64,000 nucleotides of DNA. It comes from Phoronis australis. Its lineage: Eukaryota; Animalia; Phoronida. This document shows positions 13,001-25,237 of this stretch, one piece after another (the first letter of the stretch is position 1; the number at the start of each line of letters is the position of its first letter). The DNA lies in the NCBI GenBank assembly GCA_002633005.1, contig NMRA01000291.1, positions 264,825-328,824 on the forward strand, written 5' to 3'. A program made the translations under genes and the position numbers. The notes beneath the pieces are model-generated. The model searched no databases and was not told the DNA's origin. It worked only from the letters and a program-made list of their open reading frames with translations.

Positions 13001-14429
13001 CTTTAAAAGTCTAGCGCCAGCCTAGCCTCTTTCATAATGCCAGCTCGTAGCAGTGGGAAAGAATGTGCTTATGCTTCGTATGTGACAGAACAATTATTAT
13101 TTCCAGAAATACTACTCGTGCGTTTTCGAACAAGGTTGGCTCCTTCGTAGCTTCTATCTTGCCGAACTTTGGCATACATGATTTCCGCCCCGACGCTTTT
13201 CGGAAAAATGCCCGGGCCAGCGATATTTTAATATAAAAACTTTAAAGTTGTCGCGTCCGACAGACCATAATCAGTCCTTTAGTGAAGATAAAGCGCTTTT
13301 CCATTTAGGCGCTGTGAGGAGTTATCCGATACACCGCTAAGCTATAGCAATTCCAGCGAATACAGGACAATAGTTATGATAGCTGTGTGTTTTTATGTCT
13401 GGTGCGTACTTAATAGCGGGGTAATAACCGTTTTGAAAACTTTTGTGAAAGCTGGGTTTGTAAGCGGACTTTTTACACTCGTATGTAAATATACACTTTA
13501 GTCAAATAATAGGCTACAAACCTTCCAGTAATGTTTGCCAGTACCGACTATTGCGCCGAAATATTGTTTGCGTATTTTCTTTAAAGCAAAATGGATAACC
13601 CATGTTCGGGCTTTCTTTGAACACTGTTGTTTTGTGACTTCTTATACCGTTACTGATGTATGTAAACTGAAGATTGCCTGGTTGCGATCATGACCCGCTA
13701 GTTTTCAAAAATTTAGCGTTCAAAAAGATCAAATATCTTTTGTAAAGCGAACAGAAAAGCTGATTTGTCCTAGAGAAGGAAGAAGTATGTCTGTTAGAAC
13801 TCTTACCCTCTGACACAGCGCCACCTATACCTTTAATAGCACTGTGAAAGAGTGTATTACAACTCTTTGAGATGGTGCATATCCAGCAAAAACGTAGCAT
13901 ACAAAAACAGTGAACATTTTACCCAGTAACACTAGAGTTTCAATAAAAAGTCTCGTTTCAAAGCCTGCTTTTTGACGTATAAGGGGTAATTGCGTTGCCG
14001 TGTGAGGAGACGAGATCACGGAAACATTGCTTGAATGGCATTTTTGGCCGAGCGTTCCTGCATTTACGTCACAATTATTTACATCGCTTGTGCTAGACGT
14101 AGATCTGCACTTTGTGTAAATTTACGTTGACACCAACTCAGTTACGTAAGACCGTAGTGACAGGTCGGCGCATTTAGCCAAATATTTGCAAAACCATAGA
14201 TTACATTTTCTTGAAGTAGAAAGCCTGAAGGATTTTATTTTTGACTTAACGCCAATCTATTGTTAACTGAGTCACGTGACCACGCCTTCTTAGTAAAAAA
14301 TACCAAAAAACAATGGTACATCCGTAGCAAAAGAAAATTAATTAATTTAAGTTTAGTGTTTTAGTACGTTAACTTTTCAATTACTGTTGTTTTCTGCTAT
14401 ATAAATGTACATATCATTGTTTTACGCTT

Positions 14430-14572
14430 GTAAAACTAAAACGACGAGAGTCGGTACTAAAATATATTAAAATATTCCCACGTTTCGAGCGATGCGCTCT
14501 TTGTCAAGGGTGTGCTACAGCTGGGGATATTTTAATATATTTTATTACCGACGCTCATCGTTTTAGTTTTAC
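14430..14572. mobile_element. Foldback hairpin enclosing a Penelope-type hammerhead-like motif
   Basis: Arms of about 50 bp (gtaaaactaaaacga...aatattccca / tggggatatt...tcgttttagttttac); the loop on the minus strand reads TTGACAAA-gagcg-cat-cgctc-GAAACGT. Confidence 0.55.
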
Positions 14573-16019
14573 TGGTTTAAACTAACAATAGTTTGAACCT
14601 AGAAGAAGAAAATATATATATATGAATATGAGAACTACTTGGACAAGCCCAAGTGGACCCGTATAAGCAAGACTGATACATTTGACATCCGAAAATATCT
14701 GCTTGGTGTTCCAGGGATAAATAACAGAGATAATAATTTCGTTGGAACAAGTGCGTATATTTTTAATAAAATTAATTAACTTTCCGACTATAGGTTCGAT
14801 CGGCCCGCGTTGTAGCCAGCGAACCTTGTGGGATTTTGTCATCTAAAAGCGTCCCAATAGGCGGATGGATAATCTAGAGAATGAATTAATCTTATTTACC
14901 ACGAAAATTTTGTCTGAAACAAGTGTCAGACTTTTTGCCACTGTGTATCCTAGTGATGCTCCGGTGCTCGTCCGAAGTAAACACTAGGAAAAAGTTAGAA
15001 AACAAGGAAAAACATCGCAACCAATCATAAGCACCAATAATGAGTAGAAACAGTCTTTGTTGGAAAAAAAAATAAAAGAAACTTGCAAATTGTTCGATTC
15101 TGTCTCGGTGGGTGGGACACCGCCGACTGTCTACCTGTCCCAAGAAACTAACTTGTCGATTTCGTCGCTTCTACTGTGCTCTTATAGTTGCCCAAGGAAA
15201 CTTCAGGAAAAAATTATTGTTTTTGAGTCTCAAAAAGTGCTGAAGAGTTGTTCTGCTAACATGAAAACAATTAATGAGCCAATCTCATGAAAAGAATCCT
15301 ACGTCAACACCCTAACCAGACGAGATTGGGCAAATAGACCGGTTTGCGCACCACAGAATCTGCCGCCGGATTAGATCAAGGACACAACGCTATTGGGTGG
15401 TAAATTCTGTCGCGGCGGACTGCTGATGACATCGTTCTTTAAGAGACCTATCATAAACACATTGTGGAAGACAATAATATTTTTGAATTTTCGTTTTGAA
15501 AGTTTGTAAATAGCATATTTGAATAGCTGGTGAAATATAGGCCTAGGTGTTCGAATTTTGAAAATATTAATTGGACGAGAAATGTGACTTTTACAACCTA
15601 AAACGTTTGTTTTATGCTGCAATAACATGTTCCTCATTAATTCTGCTGGGTTTGCAACATAAATTGAGCCAATTACCAATCCATCGAGGCAGCAGTTGGG
15701 TTTTGAAGTAAGCCAAGTGCCGTTGTGCACGTGAAGCTAGAAGTTAATTCAGTGGGTCCGTACTGTGGCCAACGGCATGCTTCGGCATGAAACTTAAAAA
15801 CTTACAATGGTAAATGGATCAGTTATGTTGCAGAATATTGGTCGCAGCTCTCAGTGATCCCAAAGTAAGCCTTTTTTCTCTAGTGAAAAACGTAGCAATT
15901 GCTTTTGGAGACTCCGCGAAACAGGGAGCTAACCACTACTGCACATGCAGCCTAGGTCTCTGGCTTCAATATTAGCAATATTAGTTTCTTCTCGACCTCG
16001 CTAGATGTCACTGGAGTAG

Positions 16020-16110
16020 AACACCGGAAACTGGCACACTTGAACAATCATCCAAGTCTATTTGTGTATAAACTTGTTGTGATGGTGTCCTACTTCTTCG
16101 GATAAACGAG
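16020..16110 (+). other. Probable non-coding first exon of TMEM50 (start approximate)
   Basis: Donor GAG|gtatgc at 16111, ETS-like ccggaa at 16024, CpG-richer context. The ATG exon has an acceptor (tttcag, 18614) that requires an upstream exon. Confidence 0.45.
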
Positions 16111-16244
16111 GTATGCTTTGTTTGTTTTACATGTAGAGTTGGAATTCGCGTACTTTGTTTGTGATTTTATTCAATGATTTTTGTGAGATTGTTCAATTCC
16201 GTTGCTAACTTCTGATCAATCAAGACATCACCTGATCACACTCA

Positions 16245-16280
16245 CACAGTCACAGTCACAGTCACACTGAGTCACAGTCA
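16245..16280. repeat. (CACAGT)n-like microsatellite
   Basis: Direct cacagt repeats with one variant unit. Confidence 0.6.
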
Positions 16281-18633
16281 TCAGACATCACAAAGAATAT
16301 TAAGCTTTAGATAGGCGGTGCCCGGTGACACGTCCTAATCTATCTACGCTGGGAGATTTTCTACAAATTACGCTTAACCCTGGCTAAGCTTCCAAAATCA
16401 TGTTACTACGTGTACCTTTCAAATGCAAATGGCACAGTTGGAAGTCAGTTGTAGTTTTTAAAGGAGAATGCCACCCAAAAACATCCTATTTTGTATCGAT
16501 TTAGATCGAGTAGTTCCAGTCGATAACAGCAAGTTGAGTTGTTTTACCTAACACCTGATGGCAGACGGAGGTTTTGAAATTAACCAATGACGTAATAGGT
16601 TTGTAGGCAGCCTGTTCAGCCGTTCACAGCACGCTTACTGGTGTCAACTTATCGCTTGAATTCATCGTTTTACACCAATCAATCATCAAAAATTGATGTA
16701 AACCCATTACAAATATATCAAGTTCTTGAACAAACGTGTTGTTTTATTTCACTGTTACGGATTTATAGGTATTTGAACGTACCGTAGCCTACAGAGTTCG
16801 ATTGGCCAATTTACCATCTGGTCGATCGCGGGAGTTTGGGTCTGTCTGGTGATAAATTCGAATCATTCTTCCATGAAATACGGTGTCTTTTGTGCATCCA
16901 TAGTTTTTTCATTGAAATACTTAATGTTAGCATATCAGTTTCTATATAACTTTATCGTTTTGCAAAATTTTGCTCCTAACTTTTATTCAAACTGGCCCAT
17001 GCCCTCAATTCCTAATATGCACATGTACTTAAACATGTACAGTTCCATTGGTCAAGTGTTGCATACAATGACACTACTTAACATGCACGCACACTGCTGT
17101 TTGTATGCGCATCGATTTCCATGGGTTTCTATTCTTCTTTTTCTACTTAGTGTTCAAGTGTTTCAGACGAATACATGCCTCAAATCTTTTTGTTAGAATA
17201 AATCAAGTGGCGTCGGGTCAAGGAATTTTTAGACCCAGACTAAAAACTTTGGGAATGCAGTGATGTAATGGCGCGCCGGAGAGCAGCCCCCTTGACAGCT
17301 GATCGTCTTGTCGGTTTATAAACTACTGAAAAATAGGTTCTATACAATTATAACGACGAAAAAGGTTGATCACTGTATAGTACCACGTAGTATAACAGAA
17401 ATATTTTCCAAACTTTATACATTTCAGTGATTGTCTTTTTGACTAAGCTGGCAAAATCTCCTAAGCCCTAGCAGCACTTCGTGACAATTTCAGCCAAAGC
17501 ATTAGGAATTTTGTCTTTGCAATGGCTTTTTGACCATTTAAGCAATGCATGGGTGACAGGTTTACATTGCCTAATGTTACAAATATTTTAAAACCTCGTT
17601 AGTATTTGAAATTTCAAATTTTATTCTGAAAATTCCTTGGCTTCCATAAGGCCACCATTCTTTTGTTTACATAGCGTTCATCATCAATATTGCGGATCGC
17701 GTGTCACGCACTGTCTTGCTTGCGAGTATGGTCGTGTCGTCTCCATATATATAGCTCACTGTTCACAAACTTAAAACGGTTTTGTGACAATTAAGTTAAT
17801 TACGCACTGCAAATTCAGTTGACATTGCGAGTGAATGTTGAAAGGGCGAACTATGTTTGGGCTTGTACTGGTTATATCGAAGAAAAACAAGTTTTCACTG
17901 AGTAACTAAGCGATAACCATTAGATTTTGAAGTCTTGCAATTTTTACCGCTTTTTCTTGTCTTTGACAAATCGACTTAATTTGAAATTGGGAACGTGAGT
18001 TCTTGAAACGGCTCAGTGAATTTCACTGCAACTTTCCAATTTTAATATGGATTCATCAGTCTAAAAAATGTTATTAAGATTTTCCTTTCAACTGCCTAGT
18101 TTTTGCGTACTACAAGATAGACAAATATGACTGCTATTTTTCACAAAAATACCTTACGTTTTGTAAGGTAATTCGTCATAGAAACAAAATTAAATGAGTA
18201 ATCGAAAATTCCTAGCAGCGTTTTTGAGTTAAGTTGTGAAGTTTTCATTCAAAAAGGATTTCATTAAAATCAACCAAGGAATTGTTTCGCTATGAATGTG
18301 CCTTCCTTAAAAATGAATTTTTTACTTAAAAAGTGCTAATGTAATAATAACAATGACACATATTTTTAAAATAGAATTTTACTAATTGACATAGCCTGTC
18401 TGTTTTGATATACAAATTAATGTCAATAAATAAGGTTTGAGATAAGCAAGACTTGTTCAGTTCTCAAATTGATTATTTCCGAAAGTCGCATCCAAATATA
18501 TCAACAATGACCAGTTGAGTGCTCAGACTGGGAACACATGGCCCATAGTGCACCTGCCACACCTTTTTGATTTTAAAAACTAAGTTAACTTCATATTGAT
18601 TTCATATCTTTCAGCCTAATCTAGATTGATATC

Positions 18634-18735
18634 ATGGCCGGTTGTCTTGACAACTTCCACTGTCCTGAACTGGAGTGTACAGAAAGATTGAAGGACAAGC
18701 GCAATGCTGTGGCATCTTGCGTGGCTGGTAGTATG
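18634..18735 (+). CDS. TMEM50: Transmembrane protein 50, coding exon 1
   Basis: MAGCLDNFHCPELECTERLKDKRNAVASCVAGSM resembles the TMEM50A/B N-terminus; donor ATG|gtatgt. Confidence 0.9.
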
Positions 18736-19144
18736 GTATGTAGCTTGTGATACCTGGCCACTCAGTCTGTGTACCGTATATATATGATGTGTAGCTGATT
18801 ACACCTGGCCAGTCCGTCTGTGTACCATATACGTATGGTATGTAGCTGATGATACCTGGTCACTCAGTCTGTGTACCGTATATGCATGGTATGTTGCTGA
18901 TGACACTTGGCCACTCAATCTATGCACCGTATATGTATGGTATGTACTAGTAGCTGATGACATCTGGCCACTCGGTCTGTGTACCGTATATGTGTGGTAT
19001 GTAGTTGATGACACCTGGCCACTCAGTCTGTGTACTGTATATGTATGGTATGCACCTGATGACACCTGGCCATTCTGTCTGTGTACCTTGTATGTGTGCT
19101 ATGTAGCTGATGACACCTAGCCACTCAGTCTGTGCACCATATAT
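18731..19144. repeat. 51-bp minisatellite, 8 copies
   Basis: Unit approx. gtatggtatgtagctgatgacacctggccactcagtctgtgtaccgtatat. Confidence 0.9.
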
Positions 19145-20332
19145 GCACATATTTGGGTCCGTGGGCCTATCCGTAAGTTGTGCCTGTATCCGGGATTAGG
19201 TACAGATTGTATTTTTACCATATGTGAAACAGTTGAATGAAATCAAAGAGCAAATGTGTTAAACTTGACTTATACATTAAAAATGGTAAAGTGTAATTAA
19301 TTCAACTGTTAAGTGAAAAGTATTGAGAACTGACAAAAAGCAGGAATAATACTTAAGTTTATGACAAGGGATTAAAGCAACACCGACGTCTTTACGCGAA
19401 AGACTTGTCATCTAAAAATTTACTTTGAAAAAATGCATTATTTCAGAGAGTCTCTTTGGATCAAAATACACGCGTGCATGGTGAACTTTTATGGGGCAGC
19501 ATTTTTCATGGTGAACGATTTATTATCAACTAATTACATTTATGAATTTGGTTCACATCAGAAATTGATAACCTTTGTCAAATGATGAACTAAAAATTTA
19601 AAAGTTGATTTTCAGCTGATAATGAAACGAACCACAAACCACAAAAAGGTAAAATTCCAGAATGAAATCGGGCAAAGATGCAGTTTACAAAGTACTGTAA
19701 AACTGGTACAAGTTGGATTCAACTGCTATCCGAGTAAAGTGAAATCCAACTTGTCTGAAGGGCTGAGGACATGACAGATTTGAACCTGTTTATACGTACC
19801 ATATTTTGTGTACTAAGAGCGTACTTAGTCTACGTATTGTACTTGTTTCATGAAGGTAACTTCACGTTTCCTTGAAAGACTGAATGTAACTGATCTCAGT
19901 GAGTTTGGCTGGGCATCACCAATATTTGTGCTGTGATTTTCTTCTCATTTTTTAACTCACCACACAAAAGCTTGAAACTGTAGCAACTTTTCTTTGACTA
20001 CTGTGGCATTAACGATTTTGTATAAACAAGATGGAACTGGAAGGGATTATTTGATTGGTTCTTGTTTTCATTTTCCTTCCTCGCAAGAGGTGCCCACCAT
20101 GTGTGATTATCATTGCTTATAATTTTCTCCCCATGTTTCTATTGAACTCTCCTATGCACATTGATTGCCTTCAGTGTAGTTCATTCAGTCTTGCAACACA
20201 TTGAATGTTGGTTTGGCACCAACTAGTGCTGTGTTATATCCAAACTACATAAACTGTTACCAATCTATGGTCAGTCTGTCAGGAGCTTGAACAAACATAA
20301 ATGATTGAGATTTTCTGAAGCATGTAATACAT

Positions 20333-21138
20333 ATAGATTATTACATGGCGAAGTCGTTACCCCCCTTAATCTAGTTCCATGAGGGCTCTAGATAAGGGGA
20401 ACAATGACTGAGAGTGTGTAATAATCTATTTATACCACATTCTGAACGATGAACATTGCAACGATCTATCTTCCTTCCACTACTCGCCTCGGCTTTTGTA
20501 ATTTCTTTCTATGTCAGAGGCCTGCAGTCGGAGGTCGTGACCTTTTTTAAGAAACGCTGAGTTTTTCTTGTTAAAATGATGTTTGTACTTAGAACGAAAA
20601 AAAAAATTGAAACAAAATAGAAATAAAGTGAATCTGTTAAATAATTTTTAAGCAACTACTCTTACTTACTTCGCATCTTTTCATGCTAAGCTTCCACTGT
20701 GAAAATATCGTCTGCTAAAGTAGGTCATCAATGGTTACTAAGTATAATGTCCAAATCAAAGGATCCCGAAGACACGTTACCCACATTTAAACTGGAGATG
20801 GATGATTTACAAGTGAGAGAAAACAGATAAATTTTACTGACTTAAAGATGTCATTTATTGAAATTGTGCGTCTTATTTTTCATAGTGTATAAGTGTTGGT
20901 ACTATGCTGTTTGTTGAACATGCGATTGTTGCGCGTGCTTATTTAAGTATTCTATTTTCACGTTCGATGACGTCAGCTGCTGCGTGATGCAGTGGTAAAG
21001 TCGACGACTTGAAACTCTTGCGAAGTGCATTTGAAACCGGCCTCAGTTTTCCGCCAAAATGTCATTTAACGCTGTTAAATAACTAAATGGGTTATTTAAC
21101 GGTTGTATTGGCCATTCGAGGCTGATATTGTGGTAAAA
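20333..21138. mobile_element. Degenerate non-autonomous element with nested inverted repeats
   Basis: Hairpin atagattattaca...tgtaataatctat (20333-20429), then ttataccaca...tgtggtaaaa inverted ends; internal ttaaataac/gttatttaa hairpin. Confidence 0.35.
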
Positions 21139-21325
21139 AAGGTTGTACCATACTTCTCCGAAATTTACAAATGTTCCTTTTTGTGCCTACGACTGGTTTA
21201 CTGGTCTGACCCCTGCAAAACCATACATTACAAGAAGTGCTAATTTCAATAACTCAAATGTTTCTCCAGATTATGCTGTTTTCTTTGTTGATTCATCAAT
21301 TTGTAAAGTGATTTATTCTTTCCAG

Positions 21326-21438
21326 TTTGCCATTGGATGGTGGCTTGCCATCGACGCTGCTGTAGCCTATCCAGACACAAATCAATTCAACCATGCATGC
21401 CACACCCCTGGTGTGATTAGTACAGTCGCACTTTTCAT
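21326..21438 (+). CDS. TMEM50: TMEM50 coding exon 2
   Basis: FAIGWWLAIDAAVAYPDTNQFNHACHTPGVISTVALF(M); ag/gt flanks, phase consistent. Confidence 0.92.
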
Positions 21439-21955
21439 GTAAGTATGCTCTGTGTGGAGTAATGATAGAAAACCTTCGTCCTTCCTTTAAAAACCAATCT
21501 ACCTGCCTTCACGATTTTTTATTTAAACTTTGAATGAGAACACTTCCGAAAGAGCCCCCTGTGGTACTTTTAAAGTCCAAAAGTGGAAAAATGACGTCTT
21601 GCCCACGTTTTCTATGTATATGCTTGACATGCAAAACTATCCTTAAGAAGTCTTCATGGCAGCGTATTTAATCTTTTCCGAAAGAACTCCCATGATAACC
21701 TTTTGCTTCCTTGAAGCTTTCATCCAGTTCTTCTATAATGAGCTGTTGTGACGTCAAGGTTAGCTTAGAAAACTGAAGAGCGTTTACTCAAACACATAAG
21801 CATATGTATGATAAAGTGATTGAGTATGACAATATCAGACTCTTCAGTGGGGAGTCATATGTTATGTAGTTTAGATTAAACGGTGTTAAGAATTTAGTTG
21901 TCATTCGTAAATGTCCACATTTCACAGTTTCTATAAAACTCGACTTTGTTGTTAA

Positions 21956-22162
<207 letters not shown>

Positions 22163-22666
22163 TGACTGACAAATGAAGCAAAATGCTGATAGACAACTGC
22201 CCAGTGTTTGAATGCCTGTATTCAAGTACATGACACATGAACGCCCTCATGCTCATATACAGCCTCCTGTTCTCATTTTGTTCAGATGTCAAAAAGGGAC
22301 CTTTATTTATTAGTCTAAGACCACGTAATGAAAACTGAGTCTCCCATTAAGGTGCTGTGAGAATAATCTTGGGAAAAGGGTGAATGCCTGCAAGGTTGTG
22401 CCAAAATGGACTTTACCATAATTATGAACATCACCAATATTATCTTGTATGCAACGCCTTATATAACTGTCGTTGTGCTAGTGTTTACATGACTTTTTGC
22501 CTGGAAGTGCTGCTCCATTTCTGTAGCAACCTGCCATGTCTATTTGAAGATGTTTTGTTCCCTGTAATTGTTCTGTCAATATTGTCGCCATGTTATGATT
22601 GCTTTCTATTTCTTTGTGCATAAGAGTTGAGCTTGCATGGAATATGACGACTTGCTTCTTATTTAA

Positions 22667-22783
<117 letters not shown>

Positions 22784-22856
22784 TAAAACAAAACCACCGG
22801 AATCATTGTCACCTATATCGTGGAAGCAGAATTTTGAGTCTGGTAAAGTAACCTCT

Positions 22857-22994
22857 AGCCTGTGGCTTAGTGGTGAGGGTGGGGAACTTTGAACTGAAAC
22901 GTCGTTGGTCCAGTCACTGACCCATGTAGTTGCGTTCTTGAGCAGGCCACTTATCCTGTATTGCTACAGTGTTCTGATGTATACCTGAGTACCA
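22857..22994 (+). mobile_element. tRNA-derived SINE remnant with CORE-like domain
   Basis: A-box-like tggcttagtgg and decayed B box, then ttcttgagcaggccacttatcc resembling the CORE motif (ccttgggcaagtcacttaacc). Confidence 0.5.
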
Positions 22995-23570
22995 GTCGTC
23001 TATTATTGAGGGTCCTGCATTTGAGAACCAGTTTTGTCCACTGAGTAATGGGTATCAAACTGGTTCTCAAAAATCAGGAATCCCTGTAAGTGACTATTGC
23101 CATCACTGCATAAGTCAGGTTCAAATAATGAGATTACAAAAAGTCACAATAAAATGAATGCACCCAGTGTCAGTTGTTGTTAAAATAACGTATTAAATAT
23201 ATTTTCCTGCCTGCTTTGAGCCACTGCTTAGACCACTTACAGTGGATCACACTGGTAGAGAAGTTCAAGTGATTTTTGTACTAGTGGGATCCACTGAAGT
23301 GGGCCCAAAATGGTGATCTTAAGATTTCAAACAAATAAGTCATGTTTCGAAAACAGTGAAGCAGTGCTGTGTGATGCTGTCATTTTTGTAACTCTTTCTT
23401 TAATATTGTGTTATTTATGTAGGATTTCCCACCGAGCACTTAACTAAGATGTTTAGGTTATGACTGCATTTTCAATTCATTGAAAATTAAGACTGAAAAG
23501 ACAGTACATTCACTTTAAATTTTTGAGTAGTTTACAAAACACTTAACTTTATAACACTTCTCTCTTTCAG

Positions 23571-23637
23571 CTGACTCACAACCAGACCCTTGGCCCGGTA
23601 TTGCAGTTTTTTTACAAAATGCTTTCATATTTTTTGG
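23571..23637 (+). CDS. TMEM50: TMEM50 coding exon 5
   Basis: DSQPDPWPGIAVFLQNAFIFF(G); ag/gt flanks. Confidence 0.92.
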
Positions 23638-24602
23638 GTAAGTAACTAAACATCCTAAGTACTCACTCTCTTTGCCGTAAGTTTCTTTTTCGTAACAGTG
23701 TACGGATTTTCTTTGAGGTGAGATTTATCAGTTTAAGTACTATGTATCATTTCACATTCAAGAAATTGTGAAATTAAGGTTTTTTAGGACCCTAGAAAAC
23801 CCTCCAAAACACTGTTAGGTATTATTTAAGTGTTAATATTTTGTTTGAGGGGCTATCAAAAATGGGGCATTTCTGAGTAAAATCAAAAATGAAAACGAAA
23901 TCATGGTTTAGGAAACAGTGTTTTTGATATTTCATCTTGATCATTTATTTTATGTCAAATGAAATTTTCTCATACATATTGTTGATATTGTTGTTTTTCA
24001 ACGAATCCACTTTAATTTCTTTTTCACTTACTAAGAGGACCTGGTCACATGACCCAATTAAAAACAGATTGATATCAAGTCAAAAGTCAATTTCTGCAGT
24101 CTTTCTAGTTGCAGAATTTAATATGCACTTTTACTGAGTTAAAATGTATAGCTTTGAAGATGATTAAGCTGACAGACCTAAGTAACCTCAGTGTGAAGTA
24201 ATATGTATTATCTTGGTTCTTCGTGAAAAGCTTCAGAGTGACAATTGTTTTCCTGTATGGAAATTCATAGAAAATAAAAAAAAGTCTTTGAAAAATTTTG
24301 TAAATGAGTGTAAAGCCCTCTTTATTAAGTCATGTTGCAAGTTTGTGCATTCATTTATGGTTTGCAGTGTTAATCGTGTATTTTTTGTGGGAAACGGAAC
24401 TCCTTGAAAACGAAACTTGTAACAGGTCCTGAAACCTTGGCGAAAAATGAAAAGTCAAGTGAAATATTATATAATGTATGCTTTATTACTTTATTCTTAG
24501 TTTAGGTCACTGTTACGTACTTTGTTATGGTATTGAAATTAAATTGCATGCTCCACTACAAATTAAATTTTAGGAAGTATGTCAAAGTCATTGGCAGCCC
24601 AC

Positions 24603-24687
24603 CATGGTCTATAGGCCGCGAACCGCAAGGGGGCTGGGGGGGGGGGCTCTAGCCCCCCCCACTTTTTTCTGTGCTGTGCCGCCCATG
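24603..24687. mobile_element. Fragment of the MITE family seen at 5553-5702
   Basis: Shares catggtctatagg, G-run/ctagccccc and gccgcccatg end. Confidence 0.5.
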
Positions 24688-25191
24688 AAAGTATGATAAC
24701 ATGGATGAATTCTTGTACGCATAGACTGGGGTCTTTTTATAATCAAAATTAATCGTAATTAATCTTTGAAACAACAGTTATGATCCTGACTTTTGTCTTA
24801 AATAAACGTTTAAACTATTTCAATGTATGACAAATATGTCTACTGTCTAAAACTAACTTTTAAATATTTTAAGCCACTAACCATATCTAAGTTGGTTTCA
24901 ACTTAATAAATATTCTCTACTGAGATAAGAAGTGATTTGTGGGGTTAGGAAGTACACAGCTTGGCAGTTTCTTTTGACTGAGCTCGGTGCATAAAATGGC
25001 CGGCCACGTCAAGCCAACTTATAACAACTGTCAGTTAGTTCTTACTCGCACAAATCACTTTTACTTTGAAAAGTTTGAGAATACTTTTATGTAACGGGTG
25101 TCGTAACTTAAAAAGTTTAACCAATGTTTTGCATTTTGAAAGTAAAAATAGTTTAAATTTTGAAAACATGACCTCCGCTTTTGTATTTCAG

Positions 25192-25237
25192 AGGTTTGGT
25201 ATTCAAGTTTGGCAGATCAGAAGACAATTGGGAGTAA
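25192..25237 (+). CDS. TMEM50: TMEM50 last coding exon
   Basis: GLVFKFGRSEDNWE*, matching the conserved TMEM50 C-terminus; candidate AATAAA at 26363 and 27208. Confidence 0.92.

Noticed and set aside
18799-19150. Repetitive minus-strand ORFs (HTYTVHRLSGQVSSATY)n and CTGATGA hammerhead-like cores
   Set aside because: The ORFs are a by-product of the 51-nt period; no GAAA or stem II follows CTGATGA.
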